From the NCBI GenBank assembly GCA_964270895.1, contig OZ185442.1: a stretch of DNA of 64,000 bases; one strand, written 5' to 3'. Origin of the DNA: Podarcis filfolensis (taxonomy: Eukaryota). Below, one piece after another: positions 46,447-59,490 of the stretch (within the stretch, counting starts at the first letter, position 1; each line of letters opens with the position of its first letter). The notes beneath the pieces were generated by a model that had not been told where the DNA came from, did not search any database, and saw nothing but the letters and a program-made list of their open reading frames with translations. The translations under genes were made by a program, and so were the position numbers.

Positions 46447-47331
46447 CTTGGAAGAAGAGACATGGAGAAGATAGGTTAGCTGTGTTACCTGGTAAGGGGG
46501 CACACTCCCAGGTGCAAGAGGGCCACACAGGCTTCTTCAGAAAAAAAAACAACACTCTGGGCAGGGCGGAAGAAGCAGGAGAGAGTTTCCATCGGAGCCA
46601 GATTTTGTGAAGAGGGAGAAGTGAAGCACTTAATCGTTTACTGCACAACAGCCAGCAACTTCCTGCCAGCAGATTTTTCTGGCTGGCCCCCATTCTTCAG
46701 GGGATACGCAGCAAAACCAGCTTATCATGTATGTGAGTCCTTTCTCCAGAAAACCATTAGCTGAGGTCTACAGAGGGAGCAGCACTGCCAGGTGTGAGCA
46801 GAGCCAGATAGGATTGCAGCAAAGTCCTGGCTGCAGTAGCTGGTCCTTGGGTGCATCTTTAATATAGGGCTGGGGTGGGCTGCTGAACGCAGCTGGTGGG
46901 CTGGATCCTTACCTGCCCACACCTGCGACAAGCCAACCTTGACAGGTGGAAAGTCTTTCCCATCACCTGCTTGCCAGATCCTTTAAATGTGAGATGGTGG
47001 GGATAGAACCAGGAACTATGCATGCGAAGCATGAGCTTGTCCGCAAAGCTGGCATTAAAATGGCACTGAGATCTAGGCCTTTGATAGCAGCGAAGGGGTG
47101 TAGCTCAGTGGTAGGACACATGCTTTGAATGCAGAAGGTCCCAGGTTCAATCCCCAGGTGGGCACATTGGTGGTAATGGGACAGATAGATGCACGCCAAC
47201 TCTTCACCGCACATAGGAGAGTGGGCCAGCGTAAAAGTATATTTCTGATTCAGCCAAGACACAGGAAGGTGTGCTAAAAAACCAGTGAGTCAGGAATTCC
47301 TAACTAGTGGAGAGACGTCTTGAGTACTCCA

Positions 47332-47760
47332 TAGGGATGGGGAAGAAATTCAATTCATCTCACATTTAAAGGCAAAGCTACCTAATTTGCCGTTTCCAAA
47401 CGAGCCAATGAACTGAGGCACAGTTGCCCTTTAAAGTTCGCACAGCTCTGAATTTTGCAATGCAGTCAAGCCATGCGTACAAAAATGCCTAGATTAGGGT
47501 AAAGCATGTCTATGAATGAATATGAAAGTATTGTACAAAAATGCATTATATTAGGGGACCTTGCTTGCAGAAATGTGTATGTTTGTCAAAACGGCAGCTG
47601 TTAGGAGAAATCCACACTGAAATTGGTGAATTTTCATGAGGGTGGGATTTTTGTTTTTGTCAAAAAATAATAATCTCAAATTGCTGCAGAAATGTGGGGG
47701 GCTAAATTCCAGATTGGGTAAAATGAGAGAAATGGAAAATGACCCATTTGTTCAACCCTA
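47332..47760. mobile_element. Ancient AT-rich repeat with TAGGG termini (hAT-like, tentative)
   Basis: Begins tagggatg and ends ttcaacccta. Internal aaaaatgcat/tttgcat motifs recur at about 9470-9740, 19000-19200, 26040-26350, 37020-37230 and 40040-40260. No TSD recognisable. Confidence 0.45.
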
Positions 47761-47984
47761 CTTCCCAGCAACTAAAAGAGTACAGGATTCGGCCTGGGCA
47801 GCAGCGCAGCTGATGGGCTGTCACAACAACGTATCCTCCAGCTCCATTTATGCTGCCAAGACACATAGATAGATTAGCAGAAAAGCCAGGAAGGCTTTGC
47901 CAGTACGAGATCCAAGAAGCCAGAACTGGATGCAGGAATTTTCGACTCTCGCTATATATTAACTAGGATTGCCTTCTCCCTGGT

Positions 47985-48720
47985 TCTGAATGGGGTAACT
48001 GTGCCCCAGACGGGCCAGGTGCACAGCCTGGGAGTCATTTTGGTCTCACATCTGTCCATGGAGGCACAGGTCAATTCTGTGTCGAGGGCAGCTGTTTATC
48101 AGCTCCATCTGGTACATAGGCTGACACCCTACCTGCCCGCAGACTGTCTCGCCAGAGTGGTGCATGCTCTAGTTTTCTCCCACTTGGACTACTGCAATGC
48201 GCTCTACGTGGGGCTACCTCTGAAGGGGATCCGGAAACTACAACTAATCCAGAATGTGGCAGCTAGACTGGTGACTGGGAGTGGCTGCCGAGACCTCATA
48301 ACACCGGTCCTGAAAGACCTACATTGGCTCCCAGTATGTTTCTGAGCACAATTCAAAGTATTGGTGCTGACCTTTAAATCCCTAAACGGGTTCGGCCCAG
48401 TATACCTGAAGGAGCATCTCCACCCCCATCGTTCAGCCCAGACACCGAGGTCCAGCTCCGAGTGCCTTCTGGCAGTTCCCTCACTGCAAGGTTACAGGGA
48501 ACCAGGCACAGGGCCTTTTCGGTAGTTCCACCCTGTGGAACACCCTCCCACCAGATGTCAAGGTAATAAGCAACTATCTGACTTTTAAAAGACATCTGAA
48601 GGCAGCCCTGTTTAGGGAAGTTTTTAATGTTTAATGCTGTATTGTGTTTTTAACATTTGGTTGGGAGCCGCCCAGAGCGGCTGGGGAAACCCAGCCAGAT
48701 GGGCGTGGTATAAGTAATAA
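47985..48720 (+). mobile_element. L2 LINE 3' portion incl. ORF2 C-terminus
   Basis: ORF 48001..48345 has ALVFSHLDYCNALYVGLP...KLQLIQNVAARLV...PVLKDLHWLPV, typical of L2. It ends in a (TAC)n tail. Confidence 0.92.
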
Positions 48721-48722
48721 AT

Positions 48723-48758
<36 letters not shown>

Positions 48759-48978
48759 AATGCACAAAGCACACAGCCCGCTAAGAATACAAGTAGAGCC
48801 CTTATTATCATTATCATTATTGGGGGGAGAAAGAACGGTTTTGAAAAACTGGATTTTAAGCACGCTAGAGCCTGAGCAACTCTGGTCAAGGATGGGGCTG
48901 CCTCAAAAAGAGGGTGAAGTGGGAGAATCGTGTCAGTGGTCCGAGGAATGAAGTGGGGTGTGTGTGAAGAGAACTCAC

Positions 48979-49128
48979 TGAGTACGGTCAGCTTGGCCCT
49001 CTGCGATCGCAGGGCGGCCTGAGTGGCCTGGCATTCATAGATGGCATCATCATCCAGTTCGGCGTAGTCAATCTTCAGGTTATGCTGCCCAGCAGATGCA
49101 TCTCCGACAATGGAGTAGCGTGACCAGC
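48979..49128 (-). CDS. KIRREL2: KIRREL2 Ig1 second exon, 150 nt, phase 1 to 1
   Basis: tgcAG|GC TGG...CTC A|GTGAG. Encodes (G)[49 protein letters not shown]. Confidence 0.97.
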
Positions 49129-49284
49129 CTGCAGCGAGGAGAAAAGCAGGTTATCACGTAAGGTAAGTTTGCAGAACCTAGGATGCAAAGAGGCACCCGC
49201 AGCGCCCCCTGGAGTCGTACAGGTTTACTACAGCGACTAATCGCTACTGTACCCGCTTCCCTCCCAGTACCACGGCGAGCGTAC

Positions 49285-49434
49285 CTGGCAGGTCTCTTTC
49301 TCCCCCCAAGGCCAGCCCGTCCTTGGTCCACTGCACCATGCCTCGGTAGCCCATCACCACGCAAGCCAGCGTCACGGACTGTCCGGACACAATCACCTGG
49401 TCCATGGGCTGTTGGAAGAAATAGGCTGCCAACC
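49285..49434 (-). CDS. KIRREL2: KIRREL2 Ig1 first exon, 150 nt, phase 1 to 1
   Basis: ccccAG|GG TTG...CCA G|GTACG. Encodes (G)[49 protein letters not shown], matching human KIRREL2 GLALGGQRDLPGWSRY as recalled. Confidence 0.96.
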
Positions 49435-49787
49435 CTGGGGAGGAAAGAACAACAGGACCAAGGTGGTTAAGGTCAAGCAATTGGGGAGAGATTCAGAGTT
49501 CAGTCTGCGTTTAAAGATGAACCTTCCACACTTGTGCTTTCTGAAACAACACGTGAGCCAAAACACAGCCTTCCGTCGAGACCTGAGCTCCTCCGAATCT
49601 TGCGGCGCGGTTCTCCCAGCCCAGAAACGTCTGCGAAAACACATGTAGGAGGGTAACGTGTGCAGGGCACAGAGGAGTGAAAACAGAGTGGGGAAATGTG
49701 TCTGGGTTGGGGAGATTGCTTTGCAAACGTGTGTACGTCAGGCAAAATTGTACATGAAATTGTGCATTTTAGGTGAAATTCACCCCC

Positions 49788-49827
<40 letters not shown>

Positions 49828-50339
49828 CAGAGAATGGAAGAAGGGGAAATGGAGAGAAGCTGAAATCGACAGAATTGCACATCCCTACTAGTGATGTGGG
49901 AGATCTGCGCCTGTTTACCCTCCTCCCTGGGGAAAAACCTGTACCCCAGCTGAGGTGAGTGCATGTCCCAATAACATTCCTCCTCCTGTTGGTAAATTCT
50001 TCCGTCTCTTTCCTTTTGTGGGAGAAGCAGCAAAAGCCACAAACACACTGAGGAGACCTGGGAGGAGTGAGAGGGGGGTTTGCGAAGCAAGAGAGCAGGG
50101 AGGGAAAGCTGATAGAGGAGAGTTTCAATTTTTTGAGGCGCCGCAGGAGCCCCCGGGTCCCTGGCACTGCCTTATCTCCGCGCCACAGACTGCTGAGGTG
50201 CTGGTTTGGTGTGCTCTGCACATGCCCTTCAGCCAAGGAAGCCTCTGTTTCCACTTTGTGTTCCCACCGTCAAACAGCTTTCTTTTGCTCTCCCTTCCCC
50301 TGGCTCTAGGCAAATGCATTAAAAGAAACTTTAGAGGTG

Positions 50340-50375
<36 letters not shown>

Positions 50376-52939
50376 ACACACACACGTGCGCAAGCAAGTA
50401 AATCACTGCACCCTCTGGGGTGCTCTATTTGCTTTGGGTGGAGGAAGGATCTGGGGGTCAATAAGAATGCAGGAAACGCCCAGATTATGCGGGAATAAAT
50501 CAGTATATCCCATTATACTGTCAATCCCAATAAAACAATGTAGGTTTTTCTTTATTGCCTGCTTTGCAGTTGTTTTTCATTTGTCATGAATGTATTAGGA
50601 GGATATTTTGTTTAGCTGTTGCTTGAAAATGTGGAATTTCCGTTGTATTGCTTGTAGTTCTTCATGTGCAATGGTTTATTCTGACATCCTGTTCAGCAGT
50701 TAACTATAATGTTCTGTAATGTAGGGTTTTTAAAGGGTGGGGTCTCCCCCCCATTGAATCTTTATTTATTATGTTATGAGGCTGTGTAGACACTATACCT
50801 TTAAGGCACATTTGGAACACATTGTTTCCCTCAGAGAATTCTGGGCCCTGTAGTTTACCCTTCACAGAGCAACAATTTCCAGAAACCTTTAACAAACTAC
50901 AATGTCCAGAATTCTTTGAGGGAAAGAATGGTGCTTTAAAGGCATAGCGCATACACATTGTCAGGTGTGTGCTTGGGGTTCTGTCCAACCTTAATCATAC
51001 TTAAGAGTAAACCCACTGAATGTAATGGACATCACTAACTTAGATCCATTCATTTTAATGGGTTGACTCGAGTAAAACATGGATACAATCCCAATGGTGG
51101 AGCTACTTACTCTAGCACCGGAAGTGGCGTACATCCGGGGGCGTGGCTGGCACGCATCCCAGGGGGGCGTGGCCACGATGTCACCCCCCGGATGGCGGAC
51201 CGCCCCCCACCCCCACCTTTGTCTGCCAGTGTACAATCCTTACTCTTCCAACCAGTACATAAACTGTTTAAACAAAGAAACAAAACAGTCCCCTTTCATT
51301 TATTTTGCTATTTTGTTTATTTGAGAAATGCTTCAATAAAATTCCCAGAGCAGCTTTGCATAGGACCAAGGACTGTTTTTCCACCTGTGCATGTCCTTTA
51401 AAATCCTGAACATGTTCATGCAGCCAGAGTGTCATGTCTTATCAGGGGCTATTACGCAAATGGATTTCAAGGATCGTACATGCGCCTAGGCAGCCGTGGA
51501 TGATCTCCACTCCCTGCCTTCGCGCAGACAGTGGAACAGATCCATGCTGCTGCCCCAGAGACCACGGGCTCCTCCCGGGGACCTGAAGACTCAGCTTTCA
51601 CCCTCATTTGCTTGCACAAAGCTTATGCAAAGGGTAGGCGGTGCATAGTCTTTTTATCGCGCATTCGTTCCAATCCATTGGCAGGGAAGTTGTACGACAA
51701 TGAGCTTTCATCCTGATTTGCTGGTACGGTGTTCATCATATGCACATTCCACCCTCCCCAGTGCATTTCCCCAACACTTTCCTAACTGCAAAAAGTTTTT
51801 TTTTAAAAAAATAAAAATAATAGTGGATTTGTTGCAGTAGGGCAACAGAGCACTTTAATCCGGGATACCAAGATTTCCAGAATGCGCTTCAATCTCCTCT
51901 GCAAAATTCTAGCATTCTGGAGGTGACCCATGTGTCTGTGATGTGAAAACTGGATCACTTGCAGAGCTTTTTTCTGTGTTAATTAGCAGCCAGCTATATA
52001 GAGAAATGGAATTGTAGAGCTGGAAGGGACCACGAGGGTCATCTAGTCCAACCCCCTCCAATGCAGGATACTTTTGCCCAGCCTGGGGCTTGAACTCACA
52101 ACCCTGAGATTAAGAGACTCATGCTTTACCGACTGAGCTATCCCATTGGCCTATCTAGCTCAGCATTGTCTACACTGACTTACGCAGCTCTCCAAGGTTT
52201 CAGGCAGGGCACATTCGGAGCCCAACCTGGAGGTGCCAGGGACTGAGACTCGTTTACTCTCGCGGTTTGAAATGTAACAAAGATGTGTGTGTATAATGAG
52301 CCCAATGTAAGGGATTACTTATCTCTCTCTTCACTTTGGACTACACTTTAAATTTTGATCGTGGTGGGTAGATGACTTCTTTCTTATTTGGTTGGATCCT
52401 TTGGAGTCAATGAGGTGACTTAAGCCAGGATTCCTTCATCACAGGGAATTGGACTGGATGAGCCTTGTGGTCCGCTCCAACTCTACAAGCCTATGATTCC
52501 TTCTCCTTAGAATGGCCCAAGTGGAACTCAGAAGGGAGGAGGACAAAACTAGAATTAGTTGCTCTAGCTCCCCCTACTGATGACCTCCCTGCCTTGCGCA
52601 CTCCCAATCCCTCTTGGGTACCAGCCGCCCCTGCTTCGCCAGAAGGTCCCAGGGAGGATCACAGCATATAAAAATGCAGTTAAAACAGTAAAAGTAACAC
52701 CAACCTGTCCATAACCCCAAAATCAATAATCCACGCAACACATCGCTGGGCAGATGCCAGAATCAATTCTCCGGTTTTCAACGGCCAGGGTAAAGAGGTG
52801 AATGGTATCATGTCTTGCTGGAACCACCGCTGGGCACATTGTGGATGGCAGGAGAGCAGAAGGCAGGAAGATGCTTGTGGATAGTTCAAGGTGTGCCACA
52901 CTGCCTCCCTTAAGTTACCTTCAGCTGCGGTGGAGGATA

Positions 52940-53279
52940 GGTAAAGGTAAAGGGACCCCTGACCATTAGGTCCAGTCGTGGCCGACTCTGGGGTTGCGGC
53001 GCTCATCTTGCTTTATTGGCTGAGGGAGCTGGCGTACAGCTTCCGGGTCATGTGGCCAGCAGGACTAAGCCGCTTCTGGCGAACCAGAGCAGCGCACGGA
53101 AACGCCGTTTACCTTCCCGCCGGAGCGGTACCTATTTATCTACTTGCACTTTGACGTGCTTTCGAACTGCTAGGTTGGCAGGAGCAGGGACCGAGCAATG
53201 GGAGCTCACCCCGTCGCGGGGATTTGAACCGCCGACCTTCTGATCGGCAAGTCCTAGGCTCTGTGGTTTAACCCACAGC
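52940..53279 (-). mobile_element. Sauria SINE
   Basis: Reverse complement of the same body, with the tail read as ggtaaaggtaaaggg. Confidence 0.92.
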
Positions 53280-54262
53280 TTTTAGATTGAGCCAATATGG
53301 GATAGTAGTGAAAGTGCTGGGCTAGGATCTGGGCGAGAACAGGGTTCAAATCCCCACTTGGCCATAAAGCTCACTTGGTCCACTCTAAGGCTGCGTACAC
53401 CTGAGACCTTTACTGTCAAAGCACTTCCTTTCTCTTAAATAAATCTGGGCATTGTCGTATGCCCCTCACAGAGTTATGGTTCCCAGCAACAAACTGCAGT
53501 GCCCAGAATTCTTTGAGGGAAACAATGGGCTTCAAATGGGCTTCAAAGGTGCAGTGTGTGCACAGGGGCAAGTTTTCCCGGTTATCCTACCTCACAAGGT
53601 AGTCGTGAAGGTCACAACAGAGAGCAGAAAAACCAGACATGCTGCCTTGAATTCCTTTGAGGAAAGACAGGATGGAAACGTTGCAACAAGTAAATAATAA
53701 AATGGGATTATACAAATGCACAGAGGACGAAGATTTCTACACTTTACCTCCAGAGATATTGCCCTCATTTTCCCATAGGCATATGAAAATAGCGAGAAAA
53801 AGAGGCAAGACTAGATGGTGGTCTGATCCTTTGGTCCGATGCAGCAGGGCCTCTGCTTATTGTTCCTATGTTATCCCACTTATGTATTGGGGGGGGGGGT
53901 ATCCTTTTTCACAACTCTCTGTGTGTAAAGATCCCCAAAGGGGATTTGCTAGGTTTGCTTGCTGAGGATGTCATGCTCCGTTGAATAGCTCGTGGTTTCC
54001 TGCTCAATTGACCATTAAAGAAACAAGAGATGCTTAAATAGATATTTTAGAGAAGTTTCCCCAGAGACTGCTGATCCATATAAAGCCCGCTTGCTTACTG
54101 CAGAGTGAACTTGTGCAACCCTGAGATCAGGCCTATCCAGGAGTCGGGAGGACTGATCATTCATTAGTCGGGGGACTAATGAGAAAAACCTAACACTTGC
54201 TTGTCTGTAGAAAATGCATTTCAAGCCGGTGTTCTTTCGAGGGACATTGCTGTCCTCAGATC

Positions 54263-54282
54263 AAGAGAGAGAGGGAGAGGGA

Positions 54283-54330
<48 letters not shown>
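54263..54330 (+). repeat. (GA)n microsatellite
   Basis: Read directly from the sequence. Confidence 0.95.
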
Positions 54331-54333
<3 letters not shown>

Positions 54334-54339
54334 AGAAGA

Positions 54340-54535
54340 GCTTGCTCAGGGGACAAATTGTGGGACCTTGGAACAGCCTGCTTCAGGAGGTAGTGGACGA
54401 GAGGTTTTTAAGCAGAGGCTGAACGGCCAAATGTCAGGGATGCTGTGGCAGTGGACTTCCTGCATCAAGTGTAGGCAGTTACTGAGCAAGGTGAGCCCAT
54501 GGCCTGACTCTGCATAGGGCAGCTTCTTATCTTCC
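54340..54535 (+). mobile_element. Degraded CR1 3' end
   Basis: Translates to ...WNSLLQEVV / EVFKQRLNGQMSGML, followed by a tail ending gggcagcttcttatc. Confidence 0.65.
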
Positions 54536-54588
54536 AATGGTTGCAACATCCTGGTGTGGTTCAGACACTATAAAACAGATCCTTACTA

Positions 54589-54830
54589 CAGTGGTACCTC
54601 TGGTTAAGAACTTAATTCGTTCCAGAGGTCCGTTCTTAACCTGAAACTGTTCTTAACCTGAGGTACCACTTTAGTTAATGGAGCCTCCTGCTGCCACCGC
54701 GCCATAGCCGCATGATTTCTGTTCTCATCCTGAAGCAAAGTGCTTAACCCGAGGTACTACTTCTGGGTTATCGGGGTCTGTAACCTGAAGTGTCTGTAAC
54801 GTGAAGCGTCTGTAACCCGAGATACCACTG
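54589..54830 (+). mobile_element. Tc1/mariner-type MITE, 242 bp
   Basis: Same TIRs and TA TSD as 25050-25291. Confidence 0.92.
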
Positions 54831-55621
54831 TATTGCTAGAGGTAACATTCAACACATTCACCCATTTGTAAGAATTACACGTATACTGCAGTTTCACTTA
54901 AAAACCACACAAAGCAGATACGCGCGCACACACATATGGTGATAAACTTCAGAAAAACGTAAAATTATGTAGTTAGCAGACCACCAGCTAACTATTGCAG
55001 ATAATATTTTGTCTTTATTATCTGCATAAGCCTGGTAGCACAGAGACGTTTTCAGCAAACGTTTAAAGGTTAATCTGGAAGACGTCTCCTGAATCTCTAT
55101 TGGAAGAAGCTTCCACAGGACTGGAGACTGTGACTTGAAAGGCTCAGTTTTGTGCCAATGTCAAATGAGCCTCACTAACTCAGGGGAAAACCAGCCTTGC
55201 TTCTATGGATGGTCTCAGTGATCAGGCTGGGATATGAGGAATCTGAAAGGCCCTAAAGCTGTTCAGGGTAATAAATGAGTGACACATAGGGATGTGTGAA
55301 TCAGCCTTAAAATTTGGGTTTTGAGACTGCAGAAACAGCCTTTTCATTCTGCTTCCTTCCTACTGTGGCGTGAGTGTCAGATTAGGACTGTGGAGAGACC
55401 CAGGTTCAAACCCATAGGCACTTAGATCATCTTGGACGAAATCATTCTTGTTCCACCTGGTCTACCTGACAGGGCTGCTATGGGAATAAAATGGGTGTGT
55501 TGTGGGGGAACCCATATGATGGGGAGGGGTGGAAAGGTGAGATATAAAAGTAAATAAATAGATTGAATGGAAATGTATTGTTGTGAGTTGGTGCCTGCTA
55601 GACACCCTAAATTCCTGGGAC

Positions 55622-55653
<32 letters not shown>

Positions 55654-57874
55654 TTATACCCTGCCCATCTGGCTGGGTTTCCCCAGCCACTCTGGGCAGC
55701 TCCCAACAGAACACCAATAACAATAATACAAAAGCAACAACATCAAACATTAAAAACTTCCCTAATAGCCGTTAGAATTTAATCAATGCTTGGAGTGTTA
55801 AAACCAGGAAATAGCTAGACCCTGAGTATTAGACTCATGCGCACTAGACCAGACCCATATGGATAAAGCGGTGTGCTAGACGATGCTAGTCCTTTGGAAT
55901 CAGCATGTGTCAAGGGCTAATTATGCCAGGCTGGCCTCCTGGGTGAGGTGATAGCCTGGGGATGGGCCATTAGGACAACACAAAGCTCCAAAGATGTGAG
56001 TTAGGAGCTTGTTATGCAACAGGGAAGCAGAATGGAGCCAGGGCATGATGGCTGATGTCCATCTGGATCCTAAGTTGTGCCTACGGAGGAAACAATCCTC
56101 TTGGGAGTGTAATGCTGGGAACTCCTCCACCGTCGGCTCAGGTTGTAATATGTGTCAATAAACCATATATCATGAAGACACTGCAGTCTCTGCTGTACCT
56201 CATTTTCCAAAAGGAAACATGGACCTTGGGTCAGTCTGCCTGGAACCCCTGGAATCTTGCAATGCTTGGAGATTGGGGTGACCTGCAATAGTATTTCCCC
56301 TTCTATACATGAAGCAGCATCTGCCCGCTGCTTCAAACATATGGTAAAGATGCGCCTTTCTGCCTGGGCTCCCCCGAACCCATAAGATTGGACCCTGTTT
56401 AATGTGTTTCTGAATGCTTTTAAATAAAGAAATAATATTAATGTTGATGGTTTGCATACACACACTCCCTGCTGAAGCATATCTAGTTGATCCAGCACCC
56501 AGCTTTTGCCCCCCCCCCCCGCGCCTTCCACCCTTTCGGCCACTGGGAGACTGTTAAGATCTCCGAGGCTGAAAGAGCCTTTATTGGCACACAGATCCCT
56601 CCATCTTGAGACTCTTATCTCCTCTCTAAAGCCTGCTTAACTGCAATCCAATAACGCCAGGCCTTTGTCCTATTGTTTAAAAGTTTACCCACTAAACGAG
56701 GGTCTGAATAGCACGATAATCCTCTCAAGAGGGTCAAGAGGGCTGAGACATGGAGATGGAGCCAGAGACAAAGGGCTGGGAGAGAGTCAGAAAGGCAGGC
56801 TGGTCCAACCACCCCAGGGGAATAGGGGATCTGATGCCGGCTGGAACAGGGCCACCAAGCCTGGTACCAACCTGAACTCCCCGCCTGAGCGCCGACTGCC
56901 CAACCATTTTCTAAAACTGTGTGTGTGTTGGTGTGTGGGTGTGTGTTTACAGCAAGGAAGAGAAGGGCCCTCTGTACAGCTCTGTTTCATCTCACTCACC
57001 ACCCAAGGGAGAATACTTTTTGATCTCCAACACCTCACTTACAAAACAGTTCTTAAAGTGATGAAACAGTGAAAGGACCAAACCTATTTTTACGGGGTGT
57101 GTTTGTGCGTGTTCCCTCCTGAGCCCCCCCCCAGGCACAAATGGGGCACATTTTCTTCTTCCATCACAACTCACTTCTCACACCTGCTCCTCTGGATTGG
57201 ATGGGGCCACCAGGGAAATGATAAAAAGTGAGGTTAAATAATAATAATAATAGAAAGTGAGAACATACTCCTGAGAGAGATGGAGAACCTCAGGCTCGGG
57301 GGGGGGGGGCTGAATGTGGCCCTCCAGGTCTCTCTGCCTGGCCCTCATAACTCTCCCCAGGCTGCACCCTTCATTGGCTGTGCTTTGCATGTTCCTTGAG
57401 TGTTTTTTCCTGGCTGAAAGGTGTCCCAGAGGAAGAGAGGTACATGTATGTGGGGGAATTAGCCACATGCTGAAAGGTAAAATTGGCATCTGTTGCTGCT
57501 CTCCCTTTTGCCTCTGGCCCTGCCCACCACTGGCATGTGGCCCTTGGAAGGTTGCCAAGAGAAGAATATGGCCCTTGGTCTGGAAAAACTCCTGGAATGT
57601 CCCACTTTTCCCTAGGACATCTCTATTTTCAGTGGTATGGAATTATGCGACCCCCGAGCAAGGAGATAACTATTAGAAGACATCTGAAGGAAGCCCTGCA
57701 GAGGGAAGTTTTTTAATGTTTAATGTTTTATTATGTTTTTATATATGTTGGAAGCCACCCAGAGCGGCTGGGGCAGCCCAGTCAAATGGGTGGGGTATTA
57801 ATAAAATAATAAGAATAAGAATAATGAAAGAGGATGTCCCTATTTTCATCGGAGAAATGTTGTAGGGTATGCGA

Positions 57875-57990
57875 GGGTTGTATCCAAAGCCAATCCTACT
57901 CTGAGCAGATCCCTTGAAATCAATGGACTTGACTAACAAAAGTCTGTTCATTTCAATGGGTGTACTCTGAGCGGAACTGGATACAAACCC
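57875..57990. mobile_element. About 115-bp palindromic MITE with GGG termini (Harbinger-like, tentative)
   Basis: gggttgtatcc...ggatacaaaccc with an internal tactctgag/cattgaaat palindrome. Relatives at 10398-10624 (split), 34025-34095, 50975-51090 and 62451-62563. Confidence 0.65.
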
Positions 57991-58171
57991 CAAGGGTGCA
58001 AGCAGCTTGCCTTGCCTTCTCCTTTGGGTGCAGTTCAGATCCAGAGGGAGACATCTGAAGGCAGCCCTGTTTAGGGAAGCTTTAAATGTTTGATGCATTA
58101 CTGTATTTTGATATTTTGTTGGAAGCCGCCCAGAGTGGCTGGGGAAGCCCAGCCAGATGGGCAAGGTATAA

Positions 58172-58214
<43 letters not shown>

Positions 58215-58358
58215 GTGAGTGAGCGGGCAGTGGGGAGAGCAGCGAGGTGATGGGCACATTCAGGGACCCTGATGAGGTCATCTTGCCCAATGGGACTGCC
58301 CAAATATCTGGAGCCGACACTGTTTAATAGCCTGGCAAATTCATTCATTCACCTCCCT

Positions 58359-58362
<4 letters not shown>

Positions 58363-58437
<75 letters not shown>
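58363..58437 (+). repeat. Compound (CT)n(CA)n microsatellite
   Basis: Read directly from the sequence. Confidence 0.95.
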
Positions 58438-59051
58438 GCTTCCTGAACATACACACACAGCTGCAGGGGACACTCCTGCCACAATCCCACAAGGGGGACT
58501 CCATATGGGCTCCCATCTGGTGACATTCGAAAGCATTGCACCATTGCAAGGGAGCCTCATGTAGGGCAGTGTGACTCCATCTGAACGGCAGGGTGGATGA
58601 GCTCTCCTCCTGACCTTACCACCCTCCCGAAACCATCACTTCGCTTCGTGCCCTTTTGCTGGTTGGGGGGGGGGGCGGCGGCACCACTGCTAGACTCCAG
58701 TTCTGGCAAACGCCTTTCCTTTTTGCCATGCTCCCCATGGCTGTTGGGGTGCCGGCAGATGCCGTTTGTAAATAGCAGGCAAAGGGGCTGGCGAGAGGGG
58801 AAGCGGCAGAAACCGGAGTGCAGTGTCAGGCAGGGAAGAACATTCATGGTTGGTGAATAGGGAGATTCCCTTCCTTGAGCCAGAATGAGCCACTAACTCT
58901 CCAGTGCCCAAGACTGGAGACTTCCAAGCAACCCGATCACCTTTAAAGGACGTGACACCATTTCATTCTTTTAGGATAGTTGTGAGAGCATGGGGCTAGC
59001 CGGCAGGGCCATAGCTCAGGGATAGAGCATCTGCTTTGCTGTAGCATTACC

Positions 59052-59475
59052 TTTTTTTTTTTTTTTTTTTTTATAAAATTTTTATTAGGTTTTAAACACA
59101 TAATAAAAGACAATACAAGACAATACATAAACAAACAAACATATAAACACGTATACTTTCTTAACATTTTTTCCTTAACCTTCTTTCGGCGACTTCCCCA
59201 TACCTCCCCTTTCTGCATCCCTGTTATCAATCTTTTCAGCATCCCCTAATTTCCATATAAGACTTTCTTTAGATCTTATTTCTCATATCCAATTGCTAGT
59301 CGCTGCAATTCTGTTTTGCATTACCCAAAACATTTTAGCATTCATTAATTTTACAACAGTTCTTAAGATAGATTTTAAACTTCTTCCAATCTTCTTCCAC
59401 CGTCTCTTTCCCTTGGTCGCGGATTCTGCCGGTCATCTCAGCCAGTCCCATATAGTCTATTACCTTAGTCTGCCA
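59052..59475 (-). mobile_element. 5'-truncated L1 with poly(A) and 15-bp TSD
   Basis: Poly(T) on the plus strand at about 59052-59075. The minus strand reads ...GLAEMTGRIRDQGKETVEEDWKKFKIYLKNCCKINEC*. TSD tgctgtagcattacc at 59037-59051 and 59476-59490. Confidence 0.88.
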
Positions 59476-59490
59476 TGCTGTAGCATTACC

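Noticed and set aside
28895-49434. Assignment as KIRREL1, KIRREL3 or NPHS1
   Set aside because: Five Ig domains without FN3 exclude nephrin. [25 protein letters not shown] and linkage to APLP1 favour KIRREL2.
56992-57174. Minus-strand exon ending in a phase-1 GTGAGT donor (56999) as KIRREL2 exon 1
   Set aside because: There is no in-frame ATG (the ORF starts at GTG) and the hydrophobic core is weak. Kept only as a possible UTR exon.
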